In this document: piece by piece, positions 37,462 through 45,717 of the stretch
How the letters are laid out: the number at the start of each line of letters is the position of its first letter
Position numbering within the stretch: position 1 is the first letter of the stretch
Assembly (NCBI GenBank): GCA_965203055.1
Contig: OZ241863.1
Location: 2,656,001 to 2,720,000 of the forward strand
Source: Spirochaetia bacterium
GTDB taxonomy: Bacteria; Spirochaetota; Spirochaetia; SZUA-6; Bin103
Direction: 5' to 3'
Length of the DNA: 64,000 nt
The notes under the pieces: generated by a model
Database searches by the model: none
What the model saw: the letters and a program-made list of their open reading frames with translations, nothing else
What the model was told of the DNA's origin: nothing
Position numbers and translations under genes: made by a program

Positions 37462-38592
37462 ATGGCGGCCCCTGATCCCGGGCAGAGCAGCCCGGCGTCC
37501 ACCCACCGCACCGAGACCGCGTCGCAGTGGCAGTTGATGCGCTGGCGGTTTCTGCAGCACAAGGCGGCGGTGGTCAGCCTGGCGGTGCTGGTCATCCTCT
37601 ACCTGATCGCCCTGGCGGTGGAGTTCATCGCCCCCTACGCCACCGACCGCTACGACATCAAGTATCTGCTGGCGCCGCCGCAGCGGGTGCGCTTCTTCGA
37701 CGCCGCCGGGCGCTTCCACCTGCGCCCGTTCGTGTACGACTACACCACCACGCGCGACCCCACCAGCCTGCGCATCGTGCAGGTGGTCGACACCGGGACG
37801 CGGCATCCGATCCGCTTCTTCGTGCGCGGCGACGAGTACCGCTTCTGGGGTCTGTGGCGCGGCAACCTGCACCTGTTCGGGATCGACGACCCGGAGGCGA
37901 TGATCCTGTTGTGGGGCGCGGACGACCAGGGCCGCGACCTGTTCTCGCGGGTGATCTACGGCGCGCGGCTGTCGCTGTCGATCGGCTTCGTCGGCGTGAT
38001 TCTGAGCCTGGTGCTCGGCATCCTGCTCGGCGGCATCTCCGGTTACTTCGGCGGGACCGCGGATTTGGTGATTCAGCGCGTCATCGAGCTGCTGCAGGCG
38101 ATTCCGCGCATTCCGCTGTGGCTCACGTTGTCGGCGGCGCTGCCGCGAGACTGGGGCACCGTCGAGGTGTACTTCGGCATCACCATCATCCTGTCGGTGC
38201 TGGGCTGGACCGATCTGGCGCGCACCGTGCGCGGCAAGTTCCTGGCCCTGCGCGAGGAGGACTTCACGCAGGCGGCCAAGTACCTGGGGGCCGGCGAGCT
38301 GCGCATCATCATCCGGCACATGGTGCCGTCGTTCAGCAGCCACCTGATCGCCGTACTCACTCTGCGGGTACCGGAGATGATCCTGGCGGAGACCAGCCTG
38401 AGCTTCCTCGGGCTGGGGCTGCGCGAGCCGGTGATAAGCTGGGGGGTGCTGTTGACCGGGGTGCAGAACATCCGCGCCGTGGCGCTGGCGCCGTGGCTGT
38501 TCCTGCCCGGCGCGGCGATCGTGGTCACCGTGCTGGCCTTCAACTTCGTCGGCGACGGCCTGCGCGACGCCGCCGACCCCTACTCCCACTAG
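37462..38592 (+). CDS. Peptide-family ABC permease (second DppC-like)
   Basis: SQWQLM..RF..HK, GRDLFSR, ETSLSFLGLGL, GDGLRDAADPY. Confidence 0.9.
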   Translation: MAAPDPGQSSPASTHRTETASQWQLMRWRFLQHKAAVVSLAVLVILYLIALAVEFIAPYATDRYDIKYLLAPPQRVRFFDAAGRFHLRPFVYDYTTTRDPTSLRIVQVVDTGTRHPIRFFVRGDEYRFWGLWRGNLHLFGIDDPEAMILLWGADDQGRDLFSRVIYGARLSLSIGFVGVILSLVLGILLGGISGYFGGTADLVIQRVIELLQAIPRIPLWLTLSAALPRDWGTVEVYFGITIILSVLGWTDLARTVRGKFLALREEDFTQAAKYLGAGELRIIIRHMVPSFSSHLIAVLTLRVPEMILAETSLSFLGLGLREPVISWGVLLTGVQNIRAVALAPWLFLPGAAIVVTVLAFNFVGDGLRDAADPYSH

Positions 38593-38619
38593 CCCGCCGC
38601 GCGCCCGGGCTCACGGGCG

Positions 38620-39738
38620 CTAGGCGAGTCGGCTCAGCAGCAGGTGAGCGGGCGCCAGGCGCACGCCCTCGGCCGTGCGCGCGTCCTTGCTCCCGGTAGC
38701 GCTGATCTGCCACGCGTCGGCCGCCGGAAAGCGCTGCTTCAGGTAGCGCAGGCTGCGGTCCACCTTGGCGTCGGCCCACTTCGTCTCCACCAGCAGCGCG
38801 GGCGCGCGGCGGTCAGTCACCACGAAGTCGACTTCGCGGCCGTCCCGGTCGCGGAAGTAGCGCAGGTCCAGCTCCCGGCCCTCGGCGTCCTGCTGCTGAT
38901 GCACCCACTTGAGCAGCGCCAGCGCGACGAGGTTCTCGAACCGCTGCGGGAGCTCCGGCACCTGGGTCCAGTCGAACAGATAGTGCTTCTGCGCCTTCTT
39001 GATGGCGCGGATGGCCGGCGCGCCGAACGGACTCAGCCGCACCACGGCGTACAGCCGCTCCAGCGCCGCGACCCAGCGCTGCACCGCGTCGTGGCTCACC
39101 GCCAGATCCTCGCGCAACGCGTTGATCGACAGCGGCGCGCCCACCAGCTCCGGCAGCCGGAGCGCCAACAGTTCCAGATTGCCAAGATCCACGATCTGTT
39201 CGAGGGAGGTAATCTCCTCGCGGATCAGCAGCGTTCGATAGTCCCGCGACCAGCGCCGCGCGGTGCGCTCGGAGCCGGCGAAGAACGGCTCGGGGAACCC
39301 GCCGAGGCGCAACAGTTCGGGTAACGAGGCAGGATCGCCAAGCTCCGCCACCGACAGCGGATGCAGCCGATGCAGGTGATAGCGCCCCGGCAGCGAATCC
39401 CCGCCGCGCCGACAGGCGTCGAGCCGGGCGCTGCCGGTCACCAGGATGCGCAGGCGGTGTCCGGCGCCGGCGACGGCGCCGTCGTACAGGCCCTTCAGGT
39501 AGTTGCGCCACGACCGGTACTTGTGCAGCTCGTCGAACGCCACCACCGGCACCGGCGGCAGTTCCCCGGTCAGAATCAGTTCGCGCTGGCTGGCGACGTC
39601 CCAATTCAGATAGCCCGCCGGATCGGGCAATATCTCTTTCGCCAGCGTGGTCTTGCCAACCTGCCGCGGGCCCGCGACGAAGACCATCTTGGCGGCCAGG
39701 TCGGCGCGCACCACCGCATCCAGATAACGCCGCTGCAC
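38620..39738 (-). CDS. AAA+ ATPase with DUF4143 domain
   Basis: GPRQVGKTT, FDELHK, VTGSA, GGFPEPF, FENLVA, REVDFVV..LVETK. Confidence 0.88.
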   Translation of the reverse strand: MQRRYLDAVVRADLAAKMVFVAGPRQVGKTTLAKEILPDPAGYLNWDVASQRELILTGELPPVPVVAFDELHKYRSWRNYLKGLYDGAVAGAGHRLRILVTGSARLDACRRGGDSLPGRYHLHRLHPLSVAELGDPASLPELLRLGGFPEPFFAGSERTARRWSRDYRTLLIREEITSLEQIVDLGNLELLALRLPELVGAPLSINALREDLAVSHDAVQRWVAALERLYAVVRLSPFGAPAIRAIKKAQKHYLFDWTQVPELPQRFENLVALALLKWVHQQQDAEGRELDLRYFRDRDGREVDFVVTDRRAPALLVETKWADAKVDRSLRYLKQRFPAADAWQISATGSKDARTAEGVRLAPAHLLLSRLA

Positions 39739-39910
39739 GCACCAAGAATACGGACGTTTCTAGCGGGAGGCAAAATCGTACGCGGACGAATTCGGCGGGC
39801 GCTAGAATCGGCCGCGGTGCCCTACGCTCCGTGCGTGCCGTGCGTGCCGCGCGGGGCGCCGCGCGCAGGCGTGGTTTGACATGAGCGCGCTGGTCCCGTA
39901 CCCCTGGCGC

Positions 39911-40972
39911 ATGGAGAACCGCACCTTCAGCTTCGACTTCGACGCGCACTTCGAGAGCCTGATGGGCGCCTGCGAGGGAGAGTTCCGCTGCCGCGCGGAG
40001 ACGCCGGCGGCGGTGCGGCAGTGGCAGGATCCGTTTCGGGAACGCCTGCGAACGATCCTGGGGCTGACCAACATCGAGCGCGACCTGGCCGGATTCACGC
40101 CCGCCGCGCAGCGCTTCGAGGCGGAGGACCTCGGCTCGTACGTCCGGGAGTCGTGGCGCCTCCTCACCGAACCGACGGTGCCGCTGCCGTTCTATCTGTT
40201 GCGCCCCAAGCACACGACCGGCGCCCTGCCGCTGGTGCTCACCCCCCACGGCCACGGCCAGCCGCACCTCTACGCCGGGATTGCGCGCAACCGCGCGGAG
40301 GAGGCGCAGATCCGCGACGGCGAGCGCGACGTCGCGGTGCAGGCGGCGGCGCAGGGGTACCTGGTGATTGCGCCCACGACGCGGGCGTTCGGCGAGACCC
40401 GCGCCGCGGCGGACCGGGAGAAGCAGGCGCTCTCCTCCTGCCGGCTGCAGCTCATGCACGACCTGCTAGTCGGACGCACCCCGATCGGCGACCGGGTGTG
40501 GGACATGGAGCGGCTGATCGACTGGGCGATTGCGCACCAGGGCGCGGACCCCCGGCGAATCGCGATCACCGGCAATTCCGGCGGCGGCACGGTCTCGCTG
40601 TTCGCCGCCGCCTGCGACCCCCGCATCGCGGTCGCCGTGCCCGGCTGCTACTTCAACACCTTCGCCGGCAGCATCGGCTCGATCATCCACTGCGACTGCA
40701 ACTACGTGCCCGGCATCATGCGCCTCGGCGAGATGCACGACGTCGCCGGCCTCATCGCGCCGCGCCACTTCCTCGCCGTCGCCGGGCGCGAGGATCCGAT
40801 CTTCCCGGTCGCCCACACCAAGGCCGCGTTCGAGCAGCTTTCCCGGATCTACCGGGCCGCGGCGGTCCCGCAGCGCTGCGAGCTGTACGTCGGCGACGGC
40901 GGGCACCGCTACTACAAGGAACGGGTATGGACCTTCGTAGCCGAAGCATTTTCAAGTCTGCTGCCTGACTAG
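39911..40972 (+). CDS. Alpha/beta hydrolase (dienelactone hydrolase/acetyl esterase-like)
   Basis: PHGHG, nucleophile GNSGGG, HCDCNYVPG, LIAPR, DPIFP, GGHRY. Confidence 0.85.
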   Translation: MENRTFSFDFDAHFESLMGACEGEFRCRAETPAAVRQWQDPFRERLRTILGLTNIERDLAGFTPAAQRFEAEDLGSYVRESWRLLTEPTVPLPFYLLRPKHTTGALPLVLTPHGHGQPHLYAGIARNRAEEAQIRDGERDVAVQAAAQGYLVIAPTTRAFGETRAAADREKQALSSCRLQLMHDLLVGRTPIGDRVWDMERLIDWAIAHQGADPRRIAITGNSGGGTVSLFAAACDPRIAVAVPGCYFNTFAGSIGSIIHCDCNYVPGIMRLGEMHDVAGLIAPRHFLAVAGREDPIFPVAHTKAAFEQLSRIYRAAAVPQRCELYVGDGGHRYYKERVWTFVAEAFSSLLPD

Positions 40973-40973
40973 A

Positions 40974-42611
40974 CTAGAAGCGGGATCGGCGGGCTTCGAC
41001 GTTGGCGCGCACGTCGATGAGGACGGTGGTGCCGGCGGCGTTCAGGCGCTGCGCTTCGGCCAGCGCCCGGTGCAGATCGGCCGCGCTGCGCACCTCGATG
41101 CCGCGCGCGCCGAGGGCTTCCGCCAGCGCCGCGTAGTTGCCGCCCATGGCGGACACCCCGGCGGCGCGCGCGGCCGGGCCGATCATGTCCCGCGCCCCGC
41201 TGTAGGTGGCCATGGCGCCGTTGTTGAGCACCACGGTGGTGATGGGGATGCCGGCGCGGGCCGCGGTCTCCAGGTCGAAGCCGGACATGCCGAAGGCGCC
41301 GTCGCCCATCAGGTTGAGGCAGAACTTGTCGGGATGGGCCAGCTTGGCGCCGATCATCAGCGGCAGTCCGAATCCCAGGTGGGTGGTCTTGCCCCAGCCG
41401 ACGTAGCTGTGCGGGACGGTGGCCCGGTAGAACGGCACCAAGCAGTCGCGCGGCGCGCCGGCGTCGTGGGTGACGATGCTGGCGTCGGCGTCCAGCACCT
41501 CGTTCAGGGCGTGCACGACCCGGTAGTAGCTCAGCGGCTGCTCGTCGGCGGTGAGCACTGGGGTCCATTCGGCCAGCCACTGGTCGCGCAGGGCGCCGAC
41601 CCGGGCCGCGGTGGCCGCCACCGCGGCGGCTCCGGCCGGCTGTTGGCCGAGCTCCTCCAGCAGCGCCCGGATGGTGAGCCTGGCATCGCCGGGCAGCGCG
41701 ACCGCGGCGGCCTCGTCCTTGTTCAGGTCGGCGACGTCGACGGTGTTGTGGATGATGCGGATCTCCGGGCGCAGCGCCTGGGCGTAGGGGCTGCGGGTGA
41801 GGCTGCTGCCGAGCGCCAGCAGCACGTCGCATTCCTGCAGCCAGCGGTGCGCCGCCAGCGTAGTGGTCCCGCTGCCGGCCCCCAGGCACAGCGGATGGGC
41901 GTCGGGCAGCGCCGACTTGCCGGGCATGGTGCAGAACACCGGCGCGGCCAGCAGTTCCGCGAGCCGCGCCAGTTCGGCGCTGGCCCCGGCCGCCAGCACC
42001 CCGCCGCCGGCCCACAGCAGCGGGCGCTCGGCGGCGCGCAGCAGCGCCGCGGCGGCGCTCACCTCGGCCGCGGCCGGCACCTGGCGCGCCGGCGGCGGCG
42101 ACCGATAGGTGCGTTCCTCGGGCGGTATCTCCTGGGCGCATACGTCCGCGGTCAGCTCCACCACCACCGGACCGGGCGCGCCGTTGCGCAGGCCGTGGAA
42201 CGCGCGCCGCATTACCGCCCCGAGCTGGTCGCGGCGCAGGACCGGCTCCACCTGCCTGGCCACGCCCCGGTAGGTGAGCGCCGCCTGAAAGTTGGGCCGC
42301 GTCACGGCGGTGCGCGGGTTGCCGGCCGGCAACACCAGCACCGGGACGTTGTCGGCCGCGGCCTGCGCCAACCCGCCGAGCGCGTTCTCCGCGCCGGCCT
42401 GGCTCTGCACCGCCGCCACCCCGAAGCGGCGGCGGCCGCTGGTGCGGCTGTAGCCGTCGGCCGCCATCACCGCGCCGCGCTCGTGGCGGAACGCGATCGG
42501 CCGGATGCCCGCCGCGGCGGCGGCTTCGATCATCGGGGTCTGGGGAAAGCAGGCCAGCCACTGCACCCCTTCGGACTTGAGAATCTGCGCGATGTAGTCG
42601 TATCCGGTCAT
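40974..42611 (-). CDS. Thiamine pyrophosphate-requiring enzyme (acetolactate synthase-like family)
   Basis: RHERGAVMAADG, GDGAFG...NN TPP motif; ATG 42611. Confidence 0.88.
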   Translation of the reverse strand: MTGYDYIAQILKSEGVQWLACFPQTPMIEAAAAAGIRPIAFRHERGAVMAADGYSRTSGRRRFGVAAVQSQAGAENALGGLAQAAADNVPVLVLPAGNPRTAVTRPNFQAALTYRGVARQVEPVLRRDQLGAVMRRAFHGLRNGAPGPVVVELTADVCAQEIPPEERTYRSPPPARQVPAAAEVSAAAALLRAAERPLLWAGGGVLAAGASAELARLAELLAAPVFCTMPGKSALPDAHPLCLGAGSGTTTLAAHRWLQECDVLLALGSSLTRSPYAQALRPEIRIIHNTVDVADLNKDEAAAVALPGDARLTIRALLEELGQQPAGAAAVAATAARVGALRDQWLAEWTPVLTADEQPLSYYRVVHALNEVLDADASIVTHDAGAPRDCLVPFYRATVPHSYVGWGKTTHLGFGLPLMIGAKLAHPDKFCLNLMGDGAFGMSGFDLETAARAGIPITTVVLNNGAMATYSGARDMIGPAARAAGVSAMGGNYAALAEALGARGIEVRSAADLHRALAEAQRLNAAGTTVLIDVRANVEARRSRF

Positions 42612-42667
42612 CGCGTTCAGCGTAGCGCAGGCGCTCCTGGTTGGTCGATCCACACCCGCGCAGGAGG

Positions 42668-42877
42668 TTAGCGGGGCGCGGCCTGCTCCGCGCCGTCGGC
42701 CGAGTCGCGTTTGAAGGCGCGGTAGGTCTGCTCGTCGATGCCGGTGGCGGACCGGATCACCGGCCACCCGAATCCCGCCCGCAGCAGCCCGTCGATGGTC
42801 TCCAGCCGGCCCTTAAGCTCACCCTCTTGCCGGCCCTCCCGGCGGCCTTGTTGCTTGATTTCCTCGAGGTAGTTCAT
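42668..42877 (-). CDS. Putative nested in-frame small protein (RpnS-type antitoxin), 69 aa
   Basis: Internal AAGGAG-5 nt-ATG (RBS 42883-42888, ATG 42877) in frame with rpn, just before the EG-repeat tail. Confidence 0.65.
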   Translation of the reverse strand: MNYLEEIKQQGRREGRQEGELKGRLETIDGLLRAGFGWPVIRSATGIDEQTYRAFKRDSADGAEQAAPR

Positions 42878-43633
42878 CGCGTCTCCTTCCGGTCCCGGTA
42901 TCTGCCGCTGCAGTTCCTTCGCAAATCGCCCCCGCAACGGTTCCCTTTGCGTCGCCAGCACGTACCACACGAACATGCTCTGCTCCCCACCCCCGCGGCG
43001 CGCCAGTTCCGCCAGCAGCGGCAGCGCCCGCTCCAACGCCGGCCATGCCACCGCCGCCCGGTATACCGCCAGCATCATCAGCTGCGCCAGCCGCCCCTTC
43101 AACTTGCCCCGCACCCCTTCCGGATCCGTCTCCGAATGGTCGATCAGCACGTGCTCGAAGCTCGGCAGCCACCGCCACCCGCGCACCTCACGCGGGAACA
43201 ACTCCGAAAACTCGGTCGCGTAGCGCCAGCGTCCGCTTCCCAGATAGAACACCATCGGCACGATCGGGCGCAACTCCGTCTCCGCAGGATAGCGCCGCCG
43301 GTCGCGGTCCCAGATCCGGCAGCAGTACTGCAACAGCCGCAGGCGCATCCAGCGGTCACGGCGCCGCACCGTGGACTGATGCTCCAGCAGCACGTACAGC
43401 CAGGCCGGCGCGCCGCCCGCGCGGCGCCGGATGGAGTACAGCAGATCAGACTCGGTGGCGCGCAGGTCCGGGGCGATGAAGGAGCTGTTCTCGGCGGCCA
43501 GGGTGGACCACTCCAGGCCGTTGGCGATGGCCGGCGGCAGATGCGCGCGCAGCAGGCCGACCGCCTCGGCGGGTTCGCCGAACACGGCGCGGAACAGGTT
43601 GTCGTGCGGCTGCGCCAAGTCGTCGTTCGCCAT
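42668..43633 (-). CDS. Rpn family recombination-promoting nuclease / YhgA-like (Transposase_31)
   Basis: PHDNLFRAVF, SFI..DL..ESDLLYS, LYVLLEHQS, PMVFY.G..W, C-terminal QGRREGRQEGELKG. Confidence 0.9.
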   Translation of the reverse strand: MANDDLAQPHDNLFRAVFGEPAEAVGLLRAHLPPAIANGLEWSTLAAENSSFIAPDLRATESDLLYSIRRRAGGAPAWLYVLLEHQSTVRRRDRWMRLRLLQYCCRIWDRDRRRYPAETELRPIVPMVFYLGSGRWRYATEFSELFPREVRGWRWLPSFEHVLIDHSETDPEGVRGKLKGRLAQLMMLAVYRAAVAWPALERALPLLAELARRGGGEQSMFVWYVLATQREPLRGRFAKELQRQIPGPEGDAMNYLEEIKQQGRREGRQEGELKGRLETIDGLLRAGFGWPVIRSATGIDEQTYRAFKRDSADGAEQAAPR

Positions 43634-44039
43634 GCTTCAGACCAGTTCCCCGCTGCCCGCGGGGCGCGGCCTGCGCCGTGCCCGGGGAGCAATCGCGTCC
43701 GAGACGCCGCGGCGGTGCGAGTCCCGCGGGCCGGCGCGGACGCCGGCGGTGGCCGCCGCGAGACCGGTAAACACCAAGCGGATCAGATAATCGTGGTGGG
43801 GCTGACACAGGAGCGGTATCATCTCTCTGACTGTTACTACGGCGCGGCGTCCGCGCCGCTTTTCTGTTCGGGCGAACTCGTGGAAGGAAAATCGCACGCC
43901 TGCGGCGGCAGGCAGACGGGGACTCCGGTCACTCGCCCCCGCCTACCTGCACCCGAAGCTGCTGGCCGGCCAGGGTCTGGCGCGCCCAGAACAGGTTCTG
44001 GCTCGCGTCGTTGCCGCCCGCCGCCAGGTTCGCGGTGCC

Positions 44040-44960
44040 GGTCGCGTCGGTGCCGCCACTCGGCGCCGCCGTAAAGGTCACGCTCGGGGCGGTCACGTAG
44101 CCGCTCCCCCCGTTGGTGATCCTCACCGACCGGATGACGTATTCAAAGACCGCGGTGCCGACCGCCGTGGTGCCGCCGCTCGGCGCCGCCGAAAAGGAGA
44201 CGGTGGGGGCCGAGGTGTAGCCGCTGCCGGGGTTGGTGACCGTCGCCGTCGGGACGGCGTAGGCCATCACCGCGGTGGCGGTCGCCCCGCCGCCGCCGCC
44301 GCCCGAAAAGGAGACGGTGGGCGCCGAGGTGTAGCCGCTCCCCGCGGTCCCGGCCGTCACCGAGCCGACCCCGTAGGCCATCACCGCGGTGCCGGTCGCC
44401 GCGGTGCCGGACGCCGGCGTCGAAAAGGTCACGGTGGGGGCCGAGGTGTAGCCGCTCCCCCGGTTGGTCACCGTCACCGATCCTGCCCCGTAGACCACGC
44501 TGGCGGTGGCGGTCGCCCCGCTGCCGCCGCCGCCGGAAAAGGAGACGGTGGGCGCCGAGGTGTAGTCACTCCCGCCGTTCGTGACCATCGCCGACGCTAC
44601 GCCGCTTTGCAGCACCGCGGCGCCCCTTGCCTCCCAACCAACGCCGCCCGGCGAGGCTGAAAAGGTCACGGTTGGGGTAGACGTGTAGCCGCTCCCCGGG
44701 TCGTGATCGTCACTCCATCTACCCTGGAGTTCAGCATCACCGCGGTGCCGGCCGCACCGCCGCCGCCGCCGGTAAAGGAGATGGTGGGCGCCTCCGCGTA
44801 GCCGGCGCCGGCGGTCGTGACGTTCACCGAACCGACGCCGAAGCCGCCCGCTACGGCGCCGATTGCCTGCGTCCCGCCGGCCGGCGGCGCCGACAAGGTC
44901 ACGCTGGGCGCCGAAGTGTAGCCACTGCCCCGCTCGGTAATCGTGACCGACTCGACGGTG
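44040..44960 (-). repeat. Eight intragenic repeats of about 40 aa ([17 protein letters not shown]...G..A.ATA)
   Basis: Recurring GGCGCCGAGGTGTAGCCGCT-like DNA motif at roughly 120-bp spacing. Confidence 0.9.
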
Positions 44961-45486
44961 TCCGAGGCGCCCGACTGATCCGGGGCGGTGAGCACCAGCA
45001 CGATCGCGCCCGCGCTCACTTCGGCGCCAACCGTCCACTGCGCGCCGCTGAGGTCGCCCGCGAAGGCCGGCGCGGTCGCCGTGCTCGTGAACGGCAGCTC
45101 GTTGCCGCCAATCGACACGCTCACCTTTTCGCCCTCGACGCCGGTGAGCCCGTCCCAGGCGAACGGCTCGGAGCGGATCGTCAAGGCGCTCGGGTCCGCT
45201 GCGGCGGGCAGCGGCAGCGCCGATGACCAGGCATCCTCCCCGAGGGGCCAGCTCTTCGTGGCCGGCGCCGGAGTCGGGGCTGGCGGAGTCGGGGCCGGCG
45301 TGGTCGGCGACCCGCCATTGCCGCCGGCGCCGGTACCGCCGGTTGCTGGCGGCCGGGCCGCCTGCTGGCACGCCAGCAGGGCGACGCCGGCGACTACCGC
45401 CAGCGCCGGGAGCGCGGCCTTGCAGAATCCTCCTTTGACCTTCGCCGGCGGAAGCTGCCGAGGTCGGCCCGAACTCTTCGGTCTAT

Positions 45487-45496
45487 GGGGGGGGGG
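45487..45496. repeat. G10 homopolymer (C10 on coding strand)
   Basis: Longest mononucleotide run noticed in the window; lies about 10 codons after a GTG start. Confidence 0.9.
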
Positions 45497-45717
45497 TAAG
45501 CGCTAGCTTGTTGTTGTTACCGGTCACTTGAAGTCCTCCGAAACTGAGACAGACGCCGCCAAGGCGGCCCGGCCAACGCCCGCGAGATGGCGGATCAGCG
45601 GCAAAGGCTGGATTCGACGTTCCACCAGTGGAACGCATGCGTTTCAGTATCGGCGTCGGTCGAATCGGTGTCAACGCAGGGTGCGAACGCCGCGCCCGGC
45701 CATGCTATGGTGTAGCG

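Larger units (their letters stand above)
43929..45527 (-). pseudogene. Repeat-containing lipoprotein, split over three frames (G10 tract at 45487-45496; 1-bp deletion near 44700); probably phase-variable
   Basis: GGAGG-7 nt-GTG at 45527; with C9 or C12 the frame continues into signal peptide [18 protein letters not shown] (Cys codon at 45370), a Pro/Thr linker, a beta-rich domain and 8 [14 protein letters not shown] repeats. Confidence 0.8.

Noticed and set aside
42668..43633. Insertion sequence (Transposase_31 label)
   Set aside because: No terminal inverted repeats or target duplication seen; the family is a nuclease rather than a demonstrated transposase.
43637..43897. 86-aa ORF between rpn and the lipoprotein
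   Set aside because: No recognisable motif or RBS, and an Arg/Ala-rich composition typical of spurious high-GC ORFs.
44040..44960. Regularly spaced DNA repeats as CRISPR or a DGR template/variable pair
   Set aside because: The repeats are protein-coding with synonymous variation, differences are not adenine-specific, and no reverse transcriptase is present.
43929..45527. Prophage remnant
   Set aside because: No integrase, terminase, capsid or other phage genes; the protein has a bacterial lipobox.
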